From contig MU004235.1 of the NCBI GenBank assembly GCA_010405405.1, positions 2,410,506 through 2,466,371 on the forward strand: a stretch of DNA of 55,866 nt, in the 5' to 3' direction. The notes below the pieces were generated by a model. The model was not told where the DNA came from. It made no database searches and worked only from the letters and a program-made list of their open reading frames with translations. Origin of the DNA: Microthyrium microscopicum (Eukaryota). The translations under genes and the position numbers were made by a program. The number at the start of each line of letters is the position of its first letter. Within the stretch, counting starts at the first letter, position 1. Below, one piece after another: positions 24,221 to 37,859 of this stretch.

Positions 24221-24584
24221 TACGGCGCAACTTAGAAGAGGTTGAAGACGCCAGGCCCTAGTCCCTAATGGGGCTAGCGTCACTGGCCGTGACTCTGCGC
24301 TCAAACCCGTAGCCAAAATCATCACGACCTCAAGACTTCAAATGATCACGATAAGAAGTCGCCACAGTAGCTTAGCGTCTCAAAGTATGTGGAGGGCTCC
24401 TGAAGGTCAATGAATTCTACATAAGTGGAGACAAAATTTCCCCATTGACACCCCAATAATAAACTAAAATCTAGTAGGCAGGGACATGTCGCGACCATCC
24501 TTTCGTTGATAGCGCTTTACGTGGAGAAGCGGATCAGGTCTCACACCTCTACCTCAACGTGCAGGCGTGTCTCAAAATGATCGG

Positions 24585-26241
24585 CTATAATGCCACGGCG
24601 AACTTCTCCCTCAGCCACTCTCCGTAGCGATAGAACAGAAATGGGACAGGAAGAAAAGCCACGCCTATAAATCCCAGGACGCTATTGCCCCACCCGAGTC
24701 CCAGATTTGCATACAAAGACGGTCCTGCTAATGGAAGGAAAGCTGCAGCAACAAGCCGGACGATTACGTTCGCTGCCAATGCAGAAGCAGCAGCCTCAGC
24801 GCCGAAAGCATCCACCAGGTAGAGCTGAGTTGGCATGAGGACCCAGAGAAAGCCGAATCCAAAGACGAAAGTGCCGATGATGGGCACGATCCAATGAGTC
24901 CGCGCCTCGGCTGCCCAGCCGTACCAAAAGATGCCGATAGGCACCGCAGGCATGATCCAAATCATCGGCTTCAGGCGTCCTTCAAGTTTGGCCTGTTTTC
25001 CAGGTGTCTTTTGTTGCTTGTCGCTGAATATTGCAAAGACTACAAGAGAGGTTCCCATTCCAAGTCCAACTCCGAGATATGACAGTCCAGAAACGCCTGC
25101 GGAGAAGTGATATTGTTCTTCAAAAACCATGGGGAAGGTGGTGAATAGAAGAAACAGGAGACCCATGACGAACGCGCAAAGAAGTGCAAGGAGAAGCACG
25201 ATTGGTGATAGAATTAGAAGCTTTGTTGGTCGAGTGATGGCGCGGATGAATAGTTGGCGGGCGGTTAGTCCACGATCCATCTTAGATAATAGAGCAGTAT
25301 TGCCAGTTTCTTTTCGGAGGCGAGCGGCCTTCCATTCCAGCAGCACGGAGGCATTGGTCTCACGGAGAAAGAAGATTGATATGGTAAAGAATACTCCTGC
25401 CTAGATGGACATGTCAGCGACTGAACAGCACTAGCACTAGGCTCTACTTACCATCATTGCTATGATCCAGAAAGTCCACCGCCAACCAATTGATTCTGAT
25501 ACAAAGCCGCCTATAATTGGACCAAGCACCTTGGAAGATCATCAGTATCATCATGGTTTATGGGGATTGCTTGCACTTACTGGCCCTAGGAGTGGTCCCG
25601 CAAAGAGCAGAGACATTGCCCTCCCACGCTGAGCTGGCGGGACGACATCTGCAACAGTCCCTCCGCCAACTGTCGCTGGACCTGAAGAAGCACATCCAGC
25701 AAGGAATCGGAAAGCTAGGAATATGCCGGTATTCTTGGCCAACGCACAGCCGATTATGAAGCTAATGAATACGATATTGCAGATGTGGTAGACCACGAGG
25801 CGTCCGTACAACTCTGATAGCGGTGAGATGATCATTGGCCCAACTGCCAGGCCGGCAAGGTAGACAGACACGGTAAGAGTTATAACGGTGGGACTCGTAA
25901 TATGGAACTCTTTCGCAAGGGCGGCAGCTCCCGGTGCAAACATAGTCGCAGCGAGATTGCTATAGACATTTAGGTCAGTACGATCTTTGCTTTTCCAGAG
26001 AAGTGTAGGGCTCTTACGCAGTAAGCAAGAAAGCAGTGGCTAGGACAACTTGTGTCAGGCGTTTCCATGCTGGCCAGTTCATTGGAGTTTGAGGATCGTC
26101 TGGCCCATCCCAATCGACGATGTTGTCTTTGGCTTCTTTTTCCGCTGCTACTTTATCAGACTCGGTAGAATGATGGTCCTGGTGGCCGTCATCTGAAGTG
26201 GCCAGCTTCTCTTGGGCGGATTCCAAGTCGGCTGCCATCAT
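24585..26241 (-). CDS. MFS drug:H+ antiporter (DHA1 family), 4 exons
   Basis: VDWDGPDDPQTPMNWP, PLSELYGR, FRFLAG, GGGTVADV, RGRAMS...GPLLGP, YLVDAFG..AASALAAN and LGLGWGNSVLGF. Confidence 0.93.
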
Positions 26242-26371
26242 ATGCTGCAAAGAATGTGCTGAATTTGCGGCGAGTAAATCTTTGTTTATTGGGACCTGAC
26301 TTCGCTTGTTAAATACTTGTTCATGTCAAGGTTGTAGATGTGTAGAGCGGAGCTCAAAAACTCAGAGGCCG

Positions 26372-26472
26372 CGGAGGGTCGGAGCATCGTGATGATCAGG
26401 CTGGCTATAAGGCTGGCGCTAACCTTAAACAGTTAGATCCGGATGGTCAACGCGAATGGTCGGAGAGTCGGA
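26372..26472. promoter_or_regulatory. Two copies of CGGAGRGTCGGA (CGG-N5-CGG direct repeat), candidate Zn2Cys6 binding sites in a bidirectional promoter
   Basis: CGGAGGGTCGGA at 26372-26383 and CGGAGAGTCGGA at 26461-26472, between the divergent MFS and transcription factor genes. Zn2Cys6 proteins bind spaced CGG triplets. Confidence 0.55.
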
Positions 26473-26609
26473 CCATCGCTGCTTCTTCATTGCAAACCAT
26501 TGAACAGCGCCAAAAAGCTTCCTTCATCTTATTGAGTTGCCTTTTTGTGAACTGTTTGACCGTGAACGGCAGCTTCAACTGGGAGAGATTTCTTTTGTTG
26601 CATACGGCC

Positions 26610-28888
26610 ATGGCCGACAGTTCTCAACGTTCGCGTCCGCCTCCAAATCGACGCAGAGACAAAGCTCAGCTTTCCTGCGACTCTTGCAAACGGCGAAAGT
26701 AAGTTCTCAATCGATCTCAGAGATCCATGTTAAATTGATTTTGACAGGCTAAAGTGCGACCGGCAGCACCCATGTGGGGCTTGCTCAAGGCGTGCTCGCA
26801 GCAACTCCTGCGAGTATGCGACGACATCTACGCTCGCAACCTCTCCAACACCCGATGCTCAATCGTTCAATGTTCCAGGCCAGTCCACCAGCCTACATGG
26901 GCGAATATCAGAATTGGAGAGTCTTGTCGTGACACTCATGCAAGGTCAATCGCTACCAAGCCCGCTTACACCGACCTCGCTACCCTCGCCGAGTGTGTTC
27001 ACGGAGACCCAAAGGCCTGAGGTATCACAAGAGGATGCTGCATTTCCTGTAGAACATGGAACTCTGAGGTTGAGCCCATCTGGAACTAGCTATGTCCAGA
27101 GTGCCCATTGGGAGGCCATTCTCACCAAGGTCCGAGGACTGAAGGAGGACGCCGTAACTGGAAGTAGTGCCCTGCCCGGTTCACCCTTGTTCTATGGCAC
27201 CAGCCGGTATACAACTCGAGGTGACATACTGGCTGCTCTTCCTCCTCGGACTGTTGTTGACCGTCTCATGGCCCTCCACTTCGATTCCTTCCTAATCACC
27301 CCTTGTCAGTACACGCAAGCCTTCTTTCTAATCTCAGGGATATTGACTTTGTCGTATAGATCTTATTCATTGCAAAAAGTTTCTTCGAGAGGTGGGTTCT
27401 ATCCAATTCAGCCGGTTTCAAGCAATCTGACATTTTATCAGTACGAAACATTTTGGAATGATCCGTCAGCAACCTCCATCGCTTGGATCGGACTCATGTT
27501 CTCCATGCTGTACATTGCTGCACAATTACAGACGTTTACCATTGACCCGTCGGACGAACGGGCTGGATCGCTCAGAGCAGAATACTTGACCATGAAGGAT
27601 GGTTTTCGGAACAAGGCCGTTCAGTGTCTTGTTCTGGCCAGGTATACGATGGGAGGGCCATATATCCTAGAGACCCTAATTATGATCCTGACCGGGGAAT
27701 TTATACTCTTAAAAAACAGCGCTACTGATGGCTGGCTTACAATTGGTATGATACTCAAGCTTGCAATGCGTATGGGCTATCACCGAGACCCAGAGCACTT
27801 CCCTGCTATATCTCCTTTCGACGGTGAAATGCGAAGGCGCCTGTGGACTACAATCATTGTCATAGATCTTGCTCTATCTTTGGAGATGGGCCTTCCTCGT
27901 AATGCGACTGATACACAAATCGATACAAAGCAACCTCGGAACCTGGCGGACAGTGATTTCGATGAAAATACGGCGGAAATGCCTCCGCCGAGGCCGGAAA
28001 CAGAATGGACGCCAGTACTACCTCTTATTGCTAAAGGGAGACTTATATCCGCCCTGGGAAAAATTTGCGATTTTAACACCGATATCATTCCTCCTTCCCA
28101 CGATGAGGTACTCAAAGCTGACGCACTACTTGAAGACATACACAATCATGCTACTCCAATCGTGCTGCGCTGGGGAGCTATACCACATGCCATCACGGAT
28201 AGTCCGAACCTTGTGATATCGCGGGTGTGTATAGAGCTTACCTACTACAAATCTCGTATCCTGCTGTATCGGAGAGCTTTGATCGGGGATCCAATCGAAC
28301 ATTCCCGCAAGCGGAATAAGGACATGGTGCGAAATTGTCTGGAATCCGCACTCAAGATTCTATCATTCCAGCAAATGCTTTACGACGAATCTCAGCCATG
28401 CGGTCGCTTGTGTCAACTTAGATGGAAGGTCACCCATATTTCGAATCAGGATGTTCTCCTCGCAACTAGCGTGCTCTGCCTTTACCTTCAAGATGTTCAT
28501 AAATTGGAGTCCTTGGCTACTGCACCACAGGCAACGAGGTCACCTACTGCCAAATACATTCGAGAACAGCTGACGATCTCGCATAATATCTGGCTTCGAA
28601 TGAGTCCGACATCCGTGGAAGCCGCAAAAGTGGCGAAAGCGTTGAGCATAGTCCTTGGAAAGACAGAAGAGTTTCCTGAGGACGGCAGCACGCCTGTTTC
28701 TTATGACTTTTTTACGGATCTTGATGACATACCCATGAATGCATATGGCGCAACTTTTGGTAATGAATGTAAGAAGCAAGCTCCTTCCTGCCGACTGTAA
28801 CTAATAGAAACATTTGACAGATCCTTTTTCTGGCTTTAGTGATCCTCTTGATTTCTTTAATAACGTACTGGAAACTGGGGGATCATGA
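26610..28888 (+). CDS. Zn(II)2Cys6 transcription factor with fungal-specific TF domain
   Basis: SCDSCKRRK|LKCDRQHPCGACSRRARSNSCEY spans intron 26699-26747. Also HWEAIL, LAMRMGYHRDP, EMRRRLW and PRNLADSDFD. Further small introns at ~27305-27359, ~27393-27441 and ~28769-28820. Confidence 0.92.
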
Positions 28889-29396
28889 ACAGAAACTCCT
28901 CATTCCTATCGCGGAATGGGTTATTTGAAGCAGGCCGCTTGTCCCAATTCCGGATTCGCCGGCCATCTATTTCTCCCGCCGTGTCCAGAAAGACTTGCAG
29001 TACCTGCCTACGCTAAAGTATGGAGTAGAAAGCTCCTTAGTAATTGTAATGCACCTCATACGCTAGACTCAAAGATCATTGTTCAACCGTCCAGTCCCTC
29101 TGGAGAATCTATGAAGCTATTTTGGGATCTTGGTCATGTACGTTTCCTTCACTGAAATATTCCCTCTCGGCGCCATGGTCTTTCGTTTGACTGAGTCTCA
29201 TATACTTCATACCCATCTATATCTCTCAACGCAGCCTTGCAGCAATTCACCCACTGCATTCTAACTGGTTTGTATTATCGCTGCGCGTTCCAAAAATTGG
29301 CTGCGTGCAAGGGGTTTTAGGATCGGTATTCGTGTTGATTATTATGCGTAAGAAAGTTTCGTGACTTTTATACTTGAATCATACTTGTATAGTGCT

Positions 29397-30464
29397 CTAG
29401 TTCGTGACGATAACTGGCGCAAGCATGTCTCTAGCAATGTCGGCCAAGTTCTCCGCCCTCACCGCTAATAGACTTATGTCGCTGTTGTCCTTCTCCGCTG
29501 TAATCGAATTACCGGTCCTTCCTCATACAACTGGCCAACCACCAGATCCAGTACCCACTCCTTCCCCTGCTTCCTTTCTTGCTCTGCCTCTCGCTATAAG
29601 CTCTGCGCTTGTACTGTTTTTCACTTTCCAAGTCTGCCTTGATACAGTTTCGAATGCCTCCAGGATCTCGTTTTGACAAGTCTGGAGCGATTGCACGCAG
29701 AGATGCTTGTTTGCTGTCTGGTCAGGTTGCTGCAAAATTCCTACCACTGACTGCCCAATTCCTGCTAGGGTGACGCCAGTGAAAGGCTCGGTTCCTTTGT
29801 CGTAGATAATGGCAGATCGGTTGACGATGTCAAAGCCCATAGTTGGGAATTTCTTGAGAGCCCTGAAAGAGTAAATACTAGTCAGCCTGGTACTCATGTG
29901 GACGGTGAGAGATAACCGCGTCCCGTTCATTGCATCATCGACCATCCGGGCGTCAACTAACCCAATCAAACGGAATGCCAATTGCAACAGCACTCCATGT
30001 AAAAGCCAGGTTTGACGATGCCTTCTGTCTCGCATATTCCAAAATTTCCCTTCTGGAGGCGCCCATGGGCTCGAGGTCAGGTAGCCCTGTCTGACTGGGT
30101 GCCCTTCCAAAGTCGTCTAAAACAAAACGCTGGACCCCAGCTGCTTCGGCAGCGTCGATCATGGTCTTTTGCAATGGCAGACCAGCAGGTCCTACCACGT
30201 TGACCACAGCATCTTGGTTCCGTAAGGCGGCAGTGAGGCCCTGGAGGTCGTAAGTAGTCCTGATTACAGGTATGTCGTCGGGCAGCTTCGTCTGTGATTC
30301 GAGGCGGGAAATGATGGTTAGATCAAAACCGGCAGTTCGAAGTGCTTTTGTGATTGGAATACCAAAATTGCCGCCGGCCTGATTTACAGAGTTACATTCG
30401 TTGAGGGCTTTCCTCCTAAAGGATAACTTACGCCAATGATGGCTACTTTTCTGATTGAAGCCAT
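29397..30464 (-). CDS. NmrA-like / isoflavone-reductase-like NAD(P)-binding protein; C-terminus disrupted by two indels (possible pseudogene)
   Basis: MASIRKVAIIG|AGGNFG, QDAVV, MIDAAEAAGVQRF, FTWSAVAIG.PFDW|ALK.FP.MGFD. An in-frame TGA at 29523-29525 lies inside a frameshifted 14-codon segment, and the main frame resumes after it to TAG at 29397. Confidence 0.8.
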
Positions 30465-31882
30465 GCTCTTGAGAGATCATGAATGTTGCCAGCATCTGGG
30501 GGTTGGGCAATCTAATCTACTCCATAGCTACTTACCTATTTTGATACCGACCTGTTCAGTATTCCTGTGAGCGAGAAGAGAGGAGGAATGGTCCTACCTC
30601 GGCGCCGATCTGCGCCTTTATGAGTAGTTAGAATACAGCTGGCGCCCCAAGATTTGGATATTTGACTTTCAAAAGGAATTCGCGCAAAATTGATCTAAGC
30701 ACAACAGCACCCAAATATACACCGCCAGCGGCCGAGCTTACCATCATATCAAGTTCAGTATCACGAAGAATTAGAAAACCAATACTCGTGGCACAGGCGA
30801 ATGGAAAGTATGTGGGTACGGTTTCCAAGCCGAAATCCCAGCACTTTTGAAAGCCAAATCCACTCGAATGTCCTTCTTCATTGAAGTAGGGAAGTCCAGT
30901 CATATCCCCTATTAACTCTGCTTCAACTACTGATAACGAAAGTACAATAATATTTTCTTTATCTGGAAGATATTCGACATTGTCTTCGAATATATAGGGG
31001 CCACTGGATCGGATTCAGCGCGAACCAAGGATAGAAGTAGACTTGTAGCACGTGAGGCAACATGGTTTTGTTCCTGTCGCAACTTCTTTTTCGTAGTTTC
31101 CAGTCCTGCTAGGTACGTAAGAAACAGGCATGGCAGGTTCTTTACTTTATATATTTGGCGCATATAGACATTAGTATTTCACCAGCATACTAGGTGCGAC
31201 TATGCAACTGAAAGCTAGAACGATTTGTTCCGCAACACTCGGAGATTTATGCCATGGTCGTATTCGGCGAAGTTCGCGGAGAGTCTTCTCCCCCTTTCGG
31301 TATTGAACCTGGAAGAATGCGGCGAGGATCATTTAAAGTCGGTACTAGAAAATGACCGGGATCTTAGCAATGCAAGAACAAACCTTCGTAAAAGATGGGA
31401 TAGGCACAATAATCAGGGAATTGTATGTATTTGTTCTACAATCCCCACGGATAGGTTCAGCCATCTACCATAGAGATTTCTGCAATTTGCCTAGTCAAGC
31501 CTGTGGTAACGCAAGGGATAGAATTGAGGAAAGTAGGTTTATGATTTTGAGGGTGTGCCTCGATAAAACAGGGCTGAATTTGGTCAGCCTGAACGTCTAA
31601 CGCTCGAGCCCGCATATATATCACTTGAATCCTTCCATTATCTGTAATCGCAACCGAAAACTTAACTTCATGTCGAAGATTGAGAACAGGTTCTCAAGTC
31701 CTTTATCAGCGTAAGGTACGACTTCACCGTACGACATCGCGACGCCACCTTGAAATTTGGTGTTGTTCAATCGGCGATCAGCACGCAGTGGTCGAACATC
31801 AGTGATTGATGTGCTCGGATGGACAAACTCGTAACATTCTCGAACTGATGAACAAAACAGACGAGGCTGAGCTCTTCCAGGC

Positions 31883-32898
31883 ATGGCACACAGTTGGCGG
31901 CGCTGGCTGTTTGGAGCTACATGCCTACTTTTAACAATCGTGTACATGATGCCCTCAGCGCGGCCTTATGAGCTTTCAGGGACGAACGGAGGCGCAACCA
32001 GCAATGTACGGCCCTTGGCTTCGGTAGTGGTTGCTGCGCTCAAGCACAAAGACGTAAGCTGGATTGATACAGCATATTGGGATGTGTGGAAGTACGAGTC
32101 GGACAATCCCAACGCCAAGCACACCGTACCGAAGAATAAGGGGCATGAGGCAATGGTATATTTGACGTGGGTGTCTATGATGGTATCAAGCGCATGTATT
32201 GAATACCTGCAGGCACATAATCGACCAGTATGATACATTGGCAGCAAGATTGATATTCATTCATGCGGATCGATATCAATGGCATAACGACGATCCGAGA
32301 TATGGTACGTGGCATAACACAGCCAGGAATCAAATTGATGCTGACAAGTCACACAGATGGACGTACGAGCCTTCAAAATCTACGACTCGAGTACGTTGAT
32401 GCTGAAGGGTATGTAAACCTCCGCTGTCACTGGCTTCAAGGCTGTCCCACAGCAGTAAATCTCACAATGGCTCCATACATCGATCCGTACAAGAGAGACG
32501 ATGTTGTCAACTTTGACCACCGTTACGCCTCAATCCTCCACCATCTCTTCCCTGCCCTCTCGACTCCGAAAATGGTAGCGGCAACTTGTTGTTCACAGTT
32601 CGCAGTGACCTCCGCAGCTGTTCGCAAACAACCCCGAAATGTTTATATCAACATCAGAAAGTGGCTGCTGGAGACGGAGATGGACGACTATGACACTGGG
32701 AGGGTATTGGAGTATATGTGGCATATTTTGTTTGGGAAGGAGGCGGTACATTGTCCGGACGCAGATGTTTGTTATTGTAAATTGTATGGTAAGTGTGGAT
32801 TGACGTGTAAGGGGGGTGACTGTGGGCTGTACCAGTACCCTCTTAACATCCCCAGGTTGAAGACTATATGGTGGAAGGTAAAGCATTTTCTTGGCTAA
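31883..32898 (+). CDS. DUF3431 family protein (N-terminal signal/anchor), 3 exons
   Basis: VVVAA....DVSWI, VPKNKGHEAMVYLT|HIIDQYD.L....IFIHA.RYQWHND, GYVNLRC.W..GCP, CCSQFAVT and GRVLEYMWHILFG. Confidence 0.88.
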
Positions 32899-33377
32899 GA
32901 TGCGACGGGAAACATAAGATCTTGTCTCCCGCCAAAATGATTCAGATGGGACAACGGAGTAACTAAGCATGTCTCGAGCTAATCAGCATGTAGAGCTTCG
33001 ATTCATTCCTCTCAGCTCCTCTCCGATAAAATCATTCGTAGCCATGAAGATCTCTGCAGTCTCACTGACTCTTTTTATAGGTATTAAGGACCAAGGTTAG
33101 GACCTCTATGTCGAGACGGCTAGTTAGGCAGTTAGCCTTATACATTGTCTTAGTGTGCGAGCATTATATATCTCTACCGATTAACTAGCGTAAATTAATT
33201 TAAGGTTAAATTAAGCGTTATTAAAAGCAAACAAGTAGACCTATAAGTTAATCTTAAGTAATAAGCTAATAAATACTATTATAAGGAGCTAATAAGTATA
33301 ATAGGTAAGTAGAAAGTAGCTAATATTATAAGATTTAAGTATAAAGAGAAGAGATTTAGAGATATAGCTATAAATAT

Positions 33378-33579
33378 TATTACGGATCTACTACTATTAA
33401 TCCTATTGTAATATTATTAGTATCTCCTATTACGTAATACTAAGGGCTTAGCGCCTAAGGATTATCTAGTATAGCTTACTTATAACTATTTCCTATTCTT
33501 TCTCTTAGATTCTTCGTATTAATTTTCTTAAATTATATCTACTATTAGCTTATACTCTTACGTCTATAAGTTCCTAATA
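33378..33579 (+). repeat. 5' LTR
   Basis: TATTACGGATCT...TTCCTAATA (RIP of TG...CA). Colinear with 42419-42620; the differences read are transitions. Confidence 0.92.
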
Positions 33580-36500
33580 TAAAACTAATACTTTATACTA
33601 TTTAAAAAATAATCCTAATTTTTAGTATATTAAAATCTAAAGATTTAATATATCTACTTATATAAATATAGAATTCTATTTTTAGATTCTAGTAGATTTA
33701 ACTTATTAGTATAGTAAATACGTAAATTCTTAATTCTTAATTCTATTAGAAGCTTAGACTCTTAGCATCTAATTAAAGAGCTTAAAGAATCTTAGTTAAC
33801 CTAGAACTTCTATTCTACTAGACTTATAAATTAATAATCTTTTTTTACTACTACTACTTCTCTTTATTACTATATCTATAGTAAAACTTTACTTATTTTA
33901 CTATACTATAATAAGCCCTAAAAATAAACTATAATAAATTAAATTTTTTACTTCTTTTCTTAAATTACTTATTATACTTTTATAACTTATTTATACTTTA
34001 TTTTAAGACTTCTTAGTACCTATATCTACTACTTATACTTACTTTATATTAAACTCTTATCTTACTATAAGAGATACTATTAAGACCTATAGAACTTATT
34101 CTACGTTTTGTCTTTATAAGTAATAGTAATTAGAAACTTAGAATACTATTTAGTTTATAATTATACTACTTTATACTTAGATTAGAGTTAATAGTAATAA
34201 AAATAATACTATAATAGAACTACTTTATAGCTAACTTTTATACTATAATTCCTTATACTCTTATTATAGCTTTATAGCTAAAGTACTTTTATTATCTAAT
34301 ATCTTAGAAATTACTAAGAATAGTTATATTTATAGCTAATTATAATTCTAAAATAAAGGTAAAAAAAAGGTATCTTCTACTAATCCTCTAATTACTATCT
34401 TTTAACTAGTAGACTAGGCCTAAATTAAAGAGTTATTATTAAACTATTAAATACTCTTTTACCTTATTACTTACTAATTAATTACTTCTAATAAAAAGAA
34501 TTAAGTACTTTTAGTATAACTTTTCTATAAAGAAGTTATCTTCTAAGCTTAGGAAATTATTCCTTTAGATAGTACTATTAAAAGCATCTCTCTAAACCTT
34601 ATACTTATATATTATACTTAAGATAACTTATATTTAGAAGTTATTAAGACTTATAAAGGATTTCTCTATAGTATTACTATATTACTAGAAATATAGTTTA
34701 AATAGCTACGTAGTTATATTAAATTAGTCTAAGTAGCTAATTTCTATATTTAAGAGACTTATACCTAACTAAATAATATAATAAATACTTACTAATACTA
34801 TAAATAAGGTATTAAAGATATAATTAATAAACTTAATAATATTATAGTTATAACTAATAAAATACGTATAAAAATAAATTAACTTTACTAATAACTTAAT
34901 TATATAATTAAAGCTAACTATAAAGATAATAAACGCGTTCTCTATTTAGAGAATACCTATAATATAAATTAATAAGAACTTAATAAAGTACTTAATAATA
35001 TTAAATAACTATATACTTTTTATACTAAAAAGTATAATAAGATTATAGTCCTTTACTTCTAGAATAAAGATTTTAAGGACTAGCTTAGTTAGTTTATATA
35101 TAAGTCTAAAGAAAATATTTATTAACTTAACTCTAATAATAAGTAAGTAATATCTTCTCTTTATTAATAAGTCTCTTATATTTAAACTAATAGCTTAACT
35201 TTAGTAGTATCTAGATCCTTAGTTAGTAGTAAAAGTAAAAAATATAAGTAAAGTAATCTAGGTAAATACTCTAGTTATAACCTTAAATAATATTCTACGT
35301 AGAAGCTTTATATTAAAGACTATTTTTATAATAAGTAAGTCTCTTTCTCTATAGAATTAAACACTACTATTTAGATATATAGTAAGACTTTTAATATTAC
35401 TCTTAGGTTTATTAAGGACTATATATAATATAAATTACTAAATCTATATTTTAGTATAATAGAGTTCTAGGAAGACCTAAATTAATATACTTAGAAGTAT
35501 AATACTTATAAAAATACTATTACTTAGTTATAAAATTCCTTAAACTAAATAAAGAAAATTAAGAAGCTTACTCTATATATTACTAAGTTTAATAGCAAAA
35601 TTACTAACGTTAGCTTTATAAAAGTAAATAAGGTTACTTATTTTAAATATANNNNNNNNNNAAAGATAAGCTATTTAGTAATTAGAATAATAATAATAGT
35701 AACTAGACTAATAACTAAATTAACTATATATTATACTATAAAGTTACTCTATACTAACGTCTAATATAAGACTATTACTATACTTAATATAGTAAATAAG
35801 GTTATAACTATAAAGATAAGAACTTAAAGTATAAAAGTAAGCTAGCTCTCTCTAATTCTAATATCTCTATTAAACTTACTAGTATTTATTTATAGTAAGA
35901 TAATAACTAACTATAAAACCTAACCTTATAGTATAATTACTTATTAATATATAATAATTATTATTACTAAGACTAAGGAAACTAGACGCTTCTCTATAAT
36001 ACTACGTAGAAAAGCTAAATAAAATAGAAGCGTATAATAAATAATAAAAACATTAAATAGAAGCTATTATTAACTACCTAAGTAACTCTAAAACTAAAAG
36101 TAACTTTATAGGTATAGCTATTATCTATATATTAGTAGCTTACGTTTCTATTAACTAATTACTAAAATATTCTATTCTAAAGATAAGCTAATAGTAGAGT
36201 ACTACTAGTAATGTTCTTATTAATAATAACGTATATACTAAAATAAAAGTCTTAATTAATATAAGTAGTAGTACTTTTAGTATTATTAATTCTTATTACC
36301 TTAAAATCTATAGTATTCTATTAGTAGAAATAACTAGATTCTACTATACTAAAATAGCTAATAGCTATGCTATTATAAAGATAATCTATATAGTAGCTAT
36401 TATATTACGCATTAGTATTTATTTTAAGTAGATTCTTTACTTTATAATAGAAGTTACTAACTATAATATAATCCTTAGTAACTTATAAGTAAATAAATAT

Positions 36501-37859
36501 AAAGTTACGTTTTAAGAAAGCTAACGTATATTAGGCTTCTACTTAAAGTATTATATAAGATACTATATAGCTTCTTACTATCTAATTACTATTAACTATA
36601 AAGGTTAAGTAGTTATAAATAAATAATAAGAAGGAACTCTTAATATTTATATAGTATTATTATAAGTCTTTATAGCTATAATATAGCGTAAAGAATATAA
36701 ATTTATTATACTTTACTAAAAAGACTTTAATACTTTAGAAAAAAAAGAAGACCTTAACCTTATTCTTTAGTAAAACGTTACTAGTATTATTATAATCTTT
36801 ATTAAAGACTATACTAAATAGCGTAAGAAGCTTAATTATAACTTACTAATATAAAAGGAATTACTAAAGTTAATACTATTAGAATTTTACTACTATGTTC
36901 TCTTATTTAATCTTTACTAAGTTAATAAACTATTATTATATTAACTAGGTTTTAACTATACTATTACTACTAACCTAAATATAAAAGTATTTATATATAA
37001 ATCCTATAGTATATCTTATTAATAAGTATAGGTTATTAAAGAATATATTAAGAATATACTTAGAAAAGGCTTTATTTAACTAAGTACTTTCTATTATACT
37101 ATACTTATATTATATATTAGTAAACTAGATAGTAGTATCTATATCTATATTAACTACTATAGACTTAATAAAATTATACTAACTAACTAAAATATACTCT
37201 TACTCTTAATAGAAATATTAATAAAGATTTATAAAGCAAAATTTTTTTTATAATTTAATATTATTACTATTTTTAATAATATTTAAATTTATAAAGAAGA
37301 TAAGTATAAGACTATATTCTTAATATGCTATAGACTTTTTAAAACTTTAGTAATACTATTTAGTATAATAAGATTACTAGGAAGTTTTTAATCTTATATT
37401 AATAGCGCTATATATAAATACTTTAATAACTTTATTATAGTTTACCTTAATAACGTTCTTATTTAGAATAAGACTAAAAAAGAGTATATAGCTTATATTT
37501 ACTTAATTCTTAATAAGCTTAAAAAAGCTAGACTCTACTTTAATATTTCTAAATCTAAGTTTATAACCTAATTAGTTAAATATCTTAGTATTATTATTAT
37601 ATTTAATAGAATCTAAATAAATAGAAAGAAGGTTAATACTATACTTAACTAGTACTACTCTATCTTTTTAAAAGATATCTAAATATTTTTTAGCTTTATA
37701 AACTTTTATTACTATTTTATTAAAGAATACTTAAAAATTATTATATTATTTATTATACTAACTAAAAAGGACGCTTCTTTATACTTTCCTTAAAATAAGA
37801 CTAGACCTAAGAAATAAGTATTTAATACCTTAAAAAAGGCCTTTACTACTACTTTAATT

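Noticed and set aside
30628..31947. Short ORFs between the NmrA-like and DUF3431 genes
   Set aside because: No recognisable motifs, splice structure or coding-like composition.
35652..35661. Run of 10 N
   Set aside because: Assembly gap, not biology; it makes the Gypsy element's true length uncertain.
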